A DNA stretch of 64,000 nt. Origin: Marsupella aquatica (lineage: Eukaryota > Plantae > Marchantiophyta). The notes beneath the pieces are model-generated. The model was not told the DNA's origin, ran no database searches, and saw only the letters and a list, made by a program, of their open reading frames with translations. Position 1 is the stretch's first letter, and each line of letters starts with the position of its first letter. Both the position numbers and the translations under genes were made by a program. Below are positions 49,386-61,977 of this stretch, one piece after another. The stretch spans positions 21,278,169-21,342,168 of the forward strand of contig OZ316891.1 of NCBI GenBank assembly GCA_973895155.1. Direction: 5' to 3'.

Positions 49386-49959
49386 CCCTAGTGGACTGAA
49401 AACTGAAAAGTCTAGTAAAGCTCAGGACTAATTTGAAGGCCCATAACATGGATGTGAACAACGAGCATTTATGTGTTCCAATTAAGTTTAACTGTTTGGA
49501 TAGAGATCACATCTTCGTTTCTCACGCTATTGTGTCCACTGTAGGGAATCATTCTTTCTAAAAGATAGCCGACGAAAGTGGCGAAGTGAGAGGAAAAATC
49601 TCGCTGATAAAAACTGTACAATCATATCAAGATTGAGGACCACCGGAAGTAAATGCGAACATGGATTGGAAAATGCACTGTAGACAAATGAACGAGCCAC
49701 AGTAAACCTCTCATAACTATCATACTAGTAGATAGATAGATAGATAGATCGAAATTCAAGGGCGTCGTCGTCAATGACTGTCCTGTGCTGTACATACAGT
49801 TTTGCCAGGACAAGAGTGTCCCAACCCCAACATATCAATCAGAAGATCAGTCGGAAGATCTTTCAGATTTCATATTTCTCTTTATGGGACTTTGTTTCGA
49901 ATTGCACCGTCCTGTACGTGATGGCCGATCTGAGTTGTAGCTCATCTGGAAATTGATTC

Positions 49960-50600
49960 CTTCTTCCTCATCTTTATACTATAGGGGTTTTCTGACCCAA
50001 GTCAATGGGATTCATATGGGTTAGGAGCAAGATTCGGTGTCAAATGCCTACAGACTTTAGATCCGATTTCGCACAAAGTGAAAGAACAGTTGACGCATAA
50101 TTCTTTTGGAAATTAGTTGCTTCCTCATTTGTACACTGCAGGGTTTTTCTGACCCATCTGAATCGGATTCAGGATGGAAGGCATATTGGTTTGGAGCAAG
50201 ATTCGGTGTCAAGAATTCACAGACTGTAGATCCGATTTCACACCTAGTGAAAGAACAGTTAAGGGGTCATTCTTTGGAATGCTCGGTTGGAAATCAATAC
50301 CTTCCTCACTAGTATACCGCAGGTTTGAGCTGCGGATGGGATTCGTATTGGTTTGGAGCAAGATTCGGTGTCAATAGTCTACACTGTAAATCCGATTTCA
50401 CATCTGGTGAAAGTACAGTAGGCATGAGCATTCTTTGGAACCTTTGCTTTGCACATGAATTCCTCGTTTGCGTACTGCAGGGTTTTTCTGACCCAGTTGA
50501 CTCGGATTCAGGATGGGATACATATTGATATGGAGCAGGATTCGGTTTCAAAAGTCCCCAGACTGTAGACCCGATTGCACGTCAAGTGTAAGAACAATTT
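49960..50600 (+). repeat. Four-copy array (~160-180 bp) of splice-acceptor plus exon-like units
   Basis: Each unit: ttcctc...yag then a body with the core ggagcargattcggtktcaa...actgtagatccgatt. Confidence 0.8.
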
Positions 50601-51969
50601 AAAGCATGATCATTTAAGAATGACCGGGGAGCCAGGGTTCAAAGCAACCATCGATAGAATTAATAGAGGCGGATCTGGTGGTGCGGGAAAGTCACTTTGC
50701 GCTCCGGAACACGGTCATACGACATGCGCGCATGATTGTTGATTCCTCCCCGATAATTATTCAAAGGTGGTGGATGATCCAGGCCCCGTGAACGCCTCGA
50801 TAAAGACCCTCAGCTCCCGGCCTAAAGTGCTGCATAATTTAATAAGTCCCCGGTGTGACATTGGCTAGACAAGTCAAATCAATGAACAATGCACGAGAGA
50901 TGTGGCGAGTATCCTGGCTGAGGATTTCGATCTCGGGGGCACAGAAGAATTGTAACAGAATCTTTTGGGGCATTTCAGAATGAAAGAAAGTATAATTAGA
51001 CCCCGCAGTGTGGCGTATCAATAGGCACTCACTTGTGGATCAGGTCTTTCGATCGCAGGACTCAGTGCATTCTAATTTCCACCTCCTTGGTTATTCCAAG
51101 TTGGTGGTGTCTACGTGCATGTTTTGCTTGCTAGGGTATGACATTTTTGCAATAATTGGAACCGGAGAGCAGGCAAGAGAGTGATTCACGTCACCCCTTC
51201 TTCTTCAGAAGTGTCATGCATCACTTCAATTGTAATCTGAAGGAAAACTGATCTAGGGTAGCTGTGCTGTGAAGACGAAAAGTTTGTGTGCCGAAATCCA
51301 TTGCTATGCTATCTTGCTCACGAGTGGTCACACGGTGGTCCATTCTAACTGACGTTGCTTCCGCTTTCGTTTTCACAGTGCAGCTACTCGAGATCAACTC
51401 CTAGAGTTTTATGTCTTGTGGATAGAAGGTCAAAATGGAGGAATTGACGAGCCCTAGACCAAGCTAGTTGGACCAATGTACGCACTTAGACACAGAAGCT
51501 TTGAACCTAAGTTAGTATGAAACTTGTCCAATGTTTTTGGTCAGAACTCATTACGGTAGCTCTACAGTAAGTGATCCCCAAGACATATCTTGTCTCTCTC
51601 GGATATTCATAATCTTACAAATTAGCAACAGTTTGCGAAAGTACCAGAAGAAACCTTAAAATAGTAATGACATAGACCTTCAGATTTTGCATCTTAGCAA
51701 ATAACTTGCAATTGAGTGCAAATATGATTCAAGATGAAACATTACAGCTTAGTATGTTGCAATTGCATCCCCGGCCCCTCAAGTTTGGACAAACATCAAA
51801 CATGAGCCTCTAGCTTTTTTCGAAGTCCAGCCCTGTACTTTTCCATCGGTCCTCCATCCTTTGTTTATGACTGTTGGCATTAAATCTCCCCATCGTCGCT
51901 GCAACTGCATGATCAATCAGAGCGCAACTGCAAGACAGTCTTAGAACGCAAACACAATTTCTGTTTCAG

Positions 51970-52530
51970 TCAGTAGCCATTCATGCTTCCTGGGGGAATT
52001 ACGTTTTGCAATTTCGCAATAGGGTGGTGACTGGTGCAGAATTCATGAATCCGCAATTCTGAGTTCTAGTGCTTAGTTAATCGTACTTTCCTAGGAAATG
52101 ATGTTTTACAAGTTTGCAACAGTAGCAATTCACGCTTCACTGGGGAATGGCGTTTTACAATTTCGCAACAGAGTGGTGACTGGGGCAGAATTCATGAATC
52201 CGTAATTCTGAGTTCTAGTGCTTAGTTAATCGTACTTTCCTAGGAAATGATGTTTCACAAGTTTGCAACAGTAGCAATTCACGCTTCACTGGGGAATGAC
52301 ATTTTACAATTTCGCAACAGAGTGGTAACTGGGGCAGAATTCATGAATCCGCAATTCTGAGTTCTAGTGCTTAGTTAATCGTACTTTCCTAGTAAACGAT
52401 GTTTTACAAGTTTGCAACAATAGCAATTCACGCTTCACTGGGGAATGACGTTTTACAATTTCACAACAGAGTGGTGACTGGGCCAGAATTCATGAATCCA
52501 CAATTCTGAGTTTGTTCTAGTGCTTAGTTA
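51970..52530. repeat. 149-bp tandem repeat, ~3.8 copies
   Basis: Units start at ~51970, 52120, 52269 and 52418, with high identity. Confidence 0.92.
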
Positions 52531-53830
52531 AATGCAAGACAGTCATGGTCTCGGATCGATCTTTCGTTCATGTGTTCAGAGGGAAACGTGTTCAGTGGTA
52601 TTGCAATCTTATCGACTCACTGGTGACGTGAGCTTTCCTTAAAATCTGGCGAGGTGAGCTTTCAGTCCCATGATCAATTGATACGGACGGGTTGGGAACC
52701 TATGGATGATACACAAGGCTAGCTCCAGCGAGTGAACTACCTGAAGATCATGTTCACAGCGTGGGTGATCGACATCCCAAGCAGCTGGTTACCCGTTATG
52801 CCCAGTCACGCATCGACACTTTTGCAAGGAGGATTGATCAGCCGTGGCAGTGCGCGGGCATACCCACTGAGCGGAATCCCGGCACCGGGCCGACGGGTTT
52901 CGGGTCTGTGAAGATCTCATCGTCGCCTTCCAACAGCTGGGCTACGGACCGTGAGGAATTGAGCTTCCATGAGACCAGACAGTGTCTTATCGATCATCCG
53001 CCCTTCTCGTATTTCCTTTAGTATATTTGCAGGGAAAGTCAGACGCCAGACAGAGTGCTGTCACCTATCATTCGCTCGACAACCCATGCCCACTTTATGG
53101 GCTTTGGCAACTTCGCAGTCATAGAGTCTCACTTTGTGACGTGGGATTTGAGTGCAATCTTGGAAATTAATTTCCAATGACGAATCATATTCTACGCATT
53201 GCTTTTGACGTGCATGAAGCAACAACATACTTTGTTTTGCCCACGAAGTGATTTGCTGCATTGCTCAAAGTAATGCAAGGAAACGCATCAGTCTCGAGAT
53301 TCAAGTCATATATACAAATTTACTTCATCGATACGTTAGTGTATTAATATCCGTGTGAACAGGCAATATATGAGGGAAATACTGTAGATGTCACAAACCA
53401 TACATAAAAGTGGCTAATGATGCCTTCAATTAAGAAGAATACTCATTTCTTACACCTTCACATTACACTAATGGCTTCTGAAATGCGTAGATGGTTGAAA
53501 TCAATCTATCAAACACATGTACGGTACTTAACCATCGCCCACAAGCCAAATACTGGAGTGCTAGGATGGCCAAATAGCTAAAAGTCGTGAACATACATAA
53601 GTAAATCTACCACAGGGACAATCATCGGCTGACTGGCAGACTGAAACGCACCATGTCATGAAATTGCCTGGTCAACTATTATGATGCACGAAATTACGTG
53701 AATTACAACACATCTATGTGTGCGGAAGGAACACATTTTTCCACAGCATCGCTATGGTACTGATTCAATGTCTTGTGAAGTCAGGTCTAATCTCCGAACC
53801 CCAACTCCCGTACAGTGGCAGACGTGATGT

Positions 53831-55976
53831 CTAATTGCGACTGGAATTTTGGATCAGTTCAGGTGGAGAATCACGCACCGGTTGATAATAACGCTCAACC
53901 CACGGAGCAAGTTGTTGATTATCAGGATCTCTTTCGTGTGTTCTGTAGTATTCTGACCATTTAGACTCAAAAGGTCCTCCAATTAGACCACCATTTTCTG
54001 AATCATATATACACAAGGGAAGGTTTCGCCCTTCTCCGACTTGCCCTCGTTGTCTCTCTTTGGGATAGGCCAAAGGCGCCTGGATGTACCTGTCCACAAC
54101 GGTCCGTATCGGTAAGCAATGAAGATACCAGTATATTTAATTTAAATCACAACCTGCGGCAAGAGACTTGCATCTGTATGCCGTTGCTAATCTGGCAGTA
54201 CCTTATGCCTTGCAGTGTTGTGTCCCATGCAAGATGGGTATGGCCAAAAATATGACAAGCTGTAGGACTGCCATTTTGTCCATGAATACTTCGTATTCTA
54301 GATTCCAGCCAATCGGAACCGACCATCTTCGGGAGGTTGGGGTATAGAAGCATTCGCTTCTCAGGACAAAGCTCAAATCTACAACGACACAATCAGAAAA
54401 TGAGCGCTCTCGAACGAAATCGCAGGTAGAATCCAGCGATGAAGCTAGTTCAAATTGTAGGTGAGGAGAAATACCATGGAATGAATGTCATGTACTTGTC
54501 AAAAGAACTTGTTCTTCAATTGTTTTGCAGTGAGAAATAGGCAAACCAACCCAAGAAAGAGAAGGGAGAGAGAGAGGGAGAGAAAAATCGTGGATGAAAA
54601 AATGACCTGGGAAGAAAGTGAGAGAAAGTGATAACTTGGCAATCAACCTGCTGAAGGTTCGGGATTCCTTGCAGATTGAGCACATTTAGATCGTCAAAAT
54701 GCTGAGCTACGGAATCTGTATGATTGTCTAGAGGCAGAGGCCATTTGCAGGCCGAGAAATCTGTAGCTTTCTGCAACACACTCATCCCAAGGCAAGCGTC
54801 AAGTTGGAGCATGTAAAGTGACACCGGCTCGATGCTAGTCAGGTCGGATACCACAGGATTTGCCAAATTGCAGGCCTGGGCTTTACAATACATTATAAAA
54901 TCGTACAGAACAGAAGGAGGTTGTTAAGAAGTGACCTTTTCCACAGGAGGTATATTATATCCTTCTATGTCCCTTTCCCGGTCCCAGCTCTGCAACCAAT
55001 CCAAGTTGTTAATCGCACGTGATTGTTGAGATGAAAACCTTGTACATTCGATTTTCGTCCAGACTTGACCATCAGTCTCACGAACTCGAGATGCGGTGAC
55101 GACTTCAGTCTTAACAGATTATTGAATTCATGGTGAAGAGAGATAATTGCCTTATGGTACCAGGAAAGCAGGGGAATAATCCAGACGCCATTTATATTTG
55201 CCGGGGCGGTTAGCACACCAAGGGAGTGACAGAAATCTGTGACTGCCTTTAACTTTGCCAACGAATCTTCAACCTGTACATAACCATGGCCAAGTCTCAA
55301 TAGTCTGGCTCGAAAGCCTCACATCCGAAAGGAGGAACAGGAGGAAGAACCTCAATTTTGAGTCAAGTCCCATCTAAGAAACTTAGTTAAGAGACGAAAA
55401 ATCTCTAGTATTAGACTTGCCAGAGCCACTGTCGAGAATGGGTGGGACATTCCAACGCAAGAACCGTACATCGTTCTACTTCTTTGCATGATTCAATGTA
55501 ACAAATCCAGAGAAGGCACATAATATCTCACATGATCCTCCGTTCGTCTGCACCAGAGTTCGTGATTTCCTGGAACAAAGAACACTTCCCTAAACTTGTC
55601 CTTAAACAAAGTCATACTAATCTGGAAAGTGTCGAGGTTGTCAGTGACATCTCCAGCGCAAATCAAAGTATCCTGTTTGTAGAGGCTCGATGACAGACCC
55701 CGAAGCCAGTCCATGTTGGCCTCATAGTCGGTGTGCACGTCAGAAACGACGAAAACCTTCATTGCGGCTGCAACTGGCTTGCACTGCGGATATGAGTCAG
55801 GTTGGATCTGAATACGGCATCCGAGTTGCTTTCTACTGGGTCCAAGAACCTTGAGCAGGGGCCCTCTGCTGGCAAAGCTGCTGTTGATTGCTGTGGAGCA
55901 AAATTCGGGTATCCGATTCCTATGCGGTTCCAATCCAGCAGGGGTCAAGGCTGTCGTCGTCCATCTGCACAATGAC
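53831..55976 (-). CDS. Calcineurin-like metallophosphoesterase
   Basis: Exons ~55976(ATG at 55762)-55532, 55273-55151, 54989-54936, 54770-54607, 54378-54202, 54089-53831. Motifs SDVHTD, AGDV, PGNHELW, FSHFLPR, HIFGHTH, QAPLAYPKER. N-terminus unresolved. Confidence 0.9.
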
Positions 55977-57299
55977 CTGCAAATGTGGCCACTATACACA
56001 TGAGATTGCAGACTTGGGCTTCCTCTTCACCTAGAGACCATGTCGAACACAACAAAAGTAACAGAGCGGATGACAGAGCCTAGCTTACAGGAAGAAGATT
56101 TTATTTCCATAATCTTAGAAATAAAAATCTAGTGCTCCACAAGAAGAGTAGAGGCCAGGCACAAACATCTGAGACAAAAAAGGGCTCAGAGGACTCGACT
56201 GAACTTATAAAGCAACATCCTGAGCTTTCACCTGTCATTCCCTCAAGATAATCTCCTCGGGATGACATGCCTGCAAGTTTGATTTTATGGAGTTTGCAGT
56301 GACCACCCAACGTGACTGACGGAACTCTACCTGATATCTGAGAGTAGGATGACAGGCGGGTCATATTCTGGGAGTGTCCAACAGCAATATTGCAATTGGA
56401 GAGCGATAGGAAAATGACTGTGTCCTTTTAATGAGGGTAGCCCTGAGTAGATAATCAAGAAATCATGGCTAGAGAACTGACACATACAATAGTAACAAAG
56501 CAACATAGGTCAAGCAGCAGTCTGACTAATCAATCAACACCGGCATCATCCGAGAATTTAGCCAGATTGAAGTCTGCATTATTTTAATACGATATGGACC
56601 TCAATTATGTGATGGAATGCTCCTCGCTGGCATTCATAATGTACAGGACACATTTGAACGGATTAAAAGTCCACCTATTCCCAAAGAAACGGCAGCGGAC
56701 AGAAAGGGCGACACTACCAAAGGCCATACGCAGCAGCAGCAGGTACGAATTCTTCAAAAGCACAGACAACGGAAAACCGAGACAGGAGTAGAGAAAAGCA
56801 ATACAAGAAGCGTTACATGTAGTGCCGGTGAGTTGAATTTGAAGCTCGGGAGCTCGAAAAATGAAGAATGGCCGACGACAGACTGCGATCAATGTAAACG
56901 ATCAATTCACTTCGCTGCACCTAGTCATGCCAAAATTCGACACTGTCTCTCAAAACTCACGACCGCAGAAGAATCGCCAGTGCCCGCAGCGATGCGAAAG
57001 AGCAGGAAAACATGCGGTACAGAAGCTAAGATAGATCGACAGACAGGACGAGCTGCAGCTTCTTCTCCGCCGGTGGTGACGACGATCAACTCACTGTCCT
57101 CTCCTTCCTCGCCCTTTGCCTGCAGCAATTCGAAAGGCGGGAGAGCGAGTACTATGTCATGATTGTTGTTGTGAGAACGGCCGAATGCACAACATGAATT
57201 CTACGTACTTCCAAACTTGCAATTCTTCCTCCGCTCTTCGGGAATGTTGCCATTGAGCAGAGAGAGACGAACAAGAGAGAGGAACAAGAGAGACGAACA

Positions 57300-57800
57300 A
57301 GAGAGAGGAACAAGAGAGACGATGAGGTTTTTAGTGTCCTTTTCTGTGGGCTCTCTCTTGCCGGCCATATTATAGGCCTCAGCCTATCAAAGGTTGCCAG
57401 TGTTTTTAGTGGCCACAACTTGTCAGATTCCCCCCACTGAAAAGGTTTTGGCGGCTAAAACAACGCTCTTATACCTACCGTTTCCATGAGCCAGTTTCCC
57501 ACCTAGCCACAAGCCCCGTTAGCCAGAATCTGATGGTTGTCCTTAAATCTAGCAACATCTAAAGGTCAGAATGAATCTAGAGACACTCGACATTTAATAT
57601 TCTTAGAATGTCCTCCTCCAAAGGTGAGCTTCGCCATACTGGCGAAAAAGATAAAAAAAATCGTTGTAGGTAGGGCTGTCGATGGTGTTGAGCACAGTCT
57701 CGGGGTTAGGATTCCAGAGGGAAGCGAAGAAAAATTATTGTCGTCGATACCTGCCATTACTATCGGGGAAGAAGATGCCAAGAATTTCTCTATGCTCTGT
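57300..57800. promoter_or_regulatory. Probable shared divergent promoter region
   Basis: Lies between the apparent 5' leaders of the head-to-head phosphoesterase (-) and TMEM42-like (+) genes. Inferred from layout only. Confidence 0.35.
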
Positions 57801-58577
57801 TCCGCGACACGCCTGCTTGATTCGCGCTGCTGCTTATGAACAACTGCAGCAAATTCGCTGCATGTTGAGAGTCTTTCATCATGTGTGTACACTTCAGATT
57901 TAGAAGTGCGGTGGACTAATTCCGTCATGAACCTCAAGGGTAAGATTATTGAGGCAAAGAGTTTGGGTGAAGGCGCAGATTTTGATCGTCTTATTGTAGC
58001 GAATGCGCAAGCCGGAGAATGTATGTGGGATCAATTTTGCGGGGAAGGGAGTAATTTTTTGGTTTCTCGTGGGAGTCGTGGGGTTCTGGGTCCATTTATC
58101 CGTGTAATTTTTCTTGGAGCCCAGAGAGACTGTTGATTCTGTATTGCATGATAGTCGGGTGGATGCGTTATGTTGGGATTTTGGAGCAGCAGACAATACT
58201 TCCAGCTCATTTTTGGGGGTTCACGATTCGGTGGGTTGAAAAGTTCCATCAATTACCATCAATTACAGATAGATATGAATCAGCACAATCAGGACTTCAA
58301 TGCTGTCCTGTATGTATATTTCTTGTTATCTAATGCAGAGCAGGACACAGGTTTTTCCATAATGTTTTCTATGAAATTCTCATGTGTGATTTTGCAAGGT
58401 TTGCTCCCCGTTCTGAGACACCCTGTAATGTGCAGCAATGTTATGCCCTTCAGTCCGCCATCAATCCTGGGTTCGGAATTGATGGCCAAAATAGATTGCA
58501 ATTCTGGTAGCGGACGATACTGCTCGACAGAAACATAAGAGACTTTACCCGAGAAAAGGTTTTCAAAGAAGGCGGTG

Positions 58578-59351
58578 ATGGGTATCCAGTGGGAGTGGGC
58601 ATGGGCATGTGCAGCGGGTGCTACTGCTGCCGGTTCCGCTATCATGGCCAAAATCGCCTCTCTGCTGGTATGTATGAGACATGCAGTTCACATCTTTCGT
58701 CTTGCCACTCCATTTTGTTGATTGTGCTGAAGGATCTGATCAAAGGCGTGGTAATGCTAGCTGACCAGAAGCTGACCAGATTAACCTGTTCTACAGGAGC
58801 GATGGGACTACAGAGTGGCCTGTTATGCGTTAGTGGTACTCTGTAATGTGATAATGTGGAGCTTGTATGTGCGGAGTTTGAAGGCCTTGACATCCCTGCA
58901 AGCAACTGTGGTGAATTTTGCCAGCAATTTTCTTCTGTCTGGATTAGCAGGGTTTCTCTTATTCAACGAACCAGCACACGTTCAGGTTCCTTTTTCACTT
59001 CTTTCTGGCTCTCTTCGTCTATTGTTCTGCACGCCCTATTGCAGATCTCGAAGGTGAGAACACACACTTGGATTTTTTTTAAAGAAGATTCGAGTCCCGG
59101 TCAACTGCGTCGATTGTGGATCTGCCAGGGACACCACACTTCACGTACCGTCAGGAAATCCTTTTCCTCTTTCATCTTGAGAGTCAGAGTCCCTCCTTTG
59201 TTTAATTCCATCTCGTCAAATTGAGCCTGACTCGCTGCCTCTATCTGTTCTTTGTCAGTGGTTTCTTGGGGCGGCCTTCATCGTCCTGGGTATATGGTTT
59301 GTCAGCAATGCTAGCAAGGAGATGGCCGATGACATTTCAAAGGAGGATTAG
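58578..59351 (+). CDS. TMEM42-like / EamA-superfamily small membrane protein (123 aa)
   Basis: Exons 58578-58667, 58797-58985, 59259-59351. AAGATAAGSAIMAK, CNVIMWSLYVRSLKALTSLQATVVNFASNFLLSGLAGFLLFNE, WFLGAAFIVLG. Confidence 0.9.
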
Positions 59352-60529
59352 AGGACATCATAGATAATCAGCAAAACAATTAACAATAGCGTCGGGAAGT
59401 GTGAAGGCAGACACGACAGAAACGGCAGCTAGTGAATTCCTCTGCATTGACTGTGAGGTTTTCACAGCAAGGGGGAACTTTTGGTATGAGCCTGCAGTAT
59501 TGATGTCATTCTGTTCTATATTATGAAATGATATAGAATTATATCAGATTGTTACATGGCACGGGAAAATAAATCTGACATTCTTGGCCACTGCCAAGAA
59601 TAGGGTTCGATTACCAGCGCCTTTTGGATAGTAAATCAAAGCACCGGTGCTGATTAGTGTCAAGCTTGTCACAATTAAGAAGATGCGTAGAGTCGTTAGC
59701 TTATGTGTATTGTCTGTTGTCTAGGATGTGTGGAAGATGTCCAAAATGACCTTTCCGTTTTTTCACACGAATGCTAAAATTCTCCACAATTTCTTTATGT
59801 CAGGCCCGGCCCGGCCCGGCCAGGCCGAGTGATTTCTAACTAGAGTTCGCTTTGTTGATGCACACAAGGGAGAAGTACCTGGTAGAGGAGCTAAGGTTAC
59901 AGAGGGCACGTGCTCATCAGTAGCTCAAAAGTGCATGCGCAATGATATCTTAGCGAGCTTGTCTAACTCCATAGTTGATGCCCAAGTCTTCGTTGAGCTG
60001 CATAAAGATGAATGGTCTGTTGTGCTGTGGAAAGAGCACCCTGAAACGAAACATACTTTAGATTGATATTTTATATGCTCACATATAAACCTGCTGCGAG
60101 TTATCACAGCAATTGGGCAAAGGGGGAAAAACCTGCACCCACAAATTTAGGAGAAGAGATTGTTCATGTAATCGTGTCATCTTTTGTTAAAGAAAGCTTG
60201 TTCTCGGTCCCAAACCAATTGACAGCTCCTGAAATGGCAAATGCTAGCGATACATTGAGCAGAAAATTGATCTTATAACATTTTATGAACCGGGTATTTC
60301 AAAAAAGCAATACCCAACTTACTGTCAAAATGAACTCGTAGTCCAGAAGATTGATTCATTTTGTGCGTCCTGACTATCAAACCTAGTCAAGCTCCAAATG
60401 ACATACGTCCTTACACTCAAAATTCAATCCCCTTAATGTCCACAAAGAACCTTTCTAGTTGCCCATGTTGTGACAGAGCCAGGCTAAGTAGGGTATCACC
60501 GTATCAGCCCCTGCATCTGCCCGTTTGCT

Positions 60530-61330
60530 GCGTTTCCCAGATTTTTCAATCTTCAACACACTTTGAATCAGACCGCATCAGCTAAGTTTCCCATATTTCT
60601 CAATCTCCAACACACTTTGAATCAGACCGCATCAGTTATAGTTCACGTATCTTGTAAACCAAGGATTGTGACATGTTATTGGCTGGATTTGATCCTGATT
60701 CAAGGTCTTTCCCTCAATTGAGGATGATATCGACAACATTGATTTCCTGCTCACTTTCAGAAATTCTTTTGCTTAAGAATCCTGTCGACAATGTAAATTT
60801 GCAATCGTTGTCACGAATTACTGAGTCAAAGACTCAATAAAAAGTACACGAGATTGTAAGATTGTTGTCCATTGAGAGAGTTGACAAATTGTCTAGAAGT
60901 GTGAAATACTTACTGAGAACCTCGATGGAGTACAGTTCCAAATTTACAATCCATGTCACAAATTCCCAAGTCAAGACTCAACAAAATTACACGAGAAAAA
61001 TTGCACAGTTGTTGTCCATTGAGAGAAGAATCTACAAATTATCTTGAAGTCTGAAATCCTTCATGAGAACCTCAATGGAGTGTAGCAACAGTTGCATCAT
61101 GAAAGCCCTGCCGGTAATCACACATCAAAAGGTAATATACAGTGCACTCATTGATTTAAAGAAAATAAGGTTTATCAGGTATGGAAGTGATTTCGGCTAT
61201 GTCATATTTTGATGTGCAATTATCATGACCTGAATGGAAGTGCACTCATTGATTTAAAGAAAATAAGGTTTATCAGTATGGAGTGATGTCCTCTATGTCA
61301 TATTTTGATGTTCAATTACCATGACCGGAA
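60530..61330. repeat. Cluster of three independent local tandem duplications
   Basis: caacacactttgaatcagaccgcatcag x2, ttgttgtccattgagaga...tgagaacctcratggag x2, agtgcactcattgatttaaagaaaataaggtttatcag x2. Confidence 0.75.
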
Positions 61331-61977
61331 TGAAAGTCTGTGACTCCAAACCAAGACCTAACAGAGTAGTGAGAGAGTGGGAAGATTCAACAGCTCAAGA
61401 ACCTCAACGGTTGATGACTTGATGTCCCAAAAGGAAGGGCAGCCGGTTGATGACTTGATGGCCCAAAGGAAGTTGACTAGTTCATGATTAGGTGGATAAC
61501 CACGTTTGACTGAAGGACTCCTATGGACTAAGGAAGGAAGGTGGTACTTATTAGATGGACCAAGCACTATTTCAAACCCATAAATATGAGCATTCATACA
61601 CAGAAAAGGTTTCATCTGAGTAAAAAGTAACAAGTTAGGATGGTCCCTGGAAGTTTCAGCAGTCCATCCATCTTGTTGAACGTCTTCTTGTGTAACTTGA
61701 TGCTCAGATGACCATCACACAAGCCTGACTACTACCTGTTCTATGAACAAAAATAGAGGTAAGGATAGGAAAAACCTTGCACAAAAAAAAGTGTGATACA
61801 AGAAGGCCTGATAACTGCAAACTGATCGGAAAAATCTGTATGGGAGCCAACAAAGCACACAAGAGTCCCAATCAGAGTTTAGAGGAGAGTGGCAGACCTG
61901 AGCTCTAGAACCTAAGCAACCATGGGCTACCCACCCGCTGGCCCTCAAAACACTAAACCCTTCCCTAGCCACCCCTT

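Noticed and set aside
51970-52530. CRISPR-like array
   Set aside because: Whole units repeat with no unique spacers, no cas genes, eukaryotic context.
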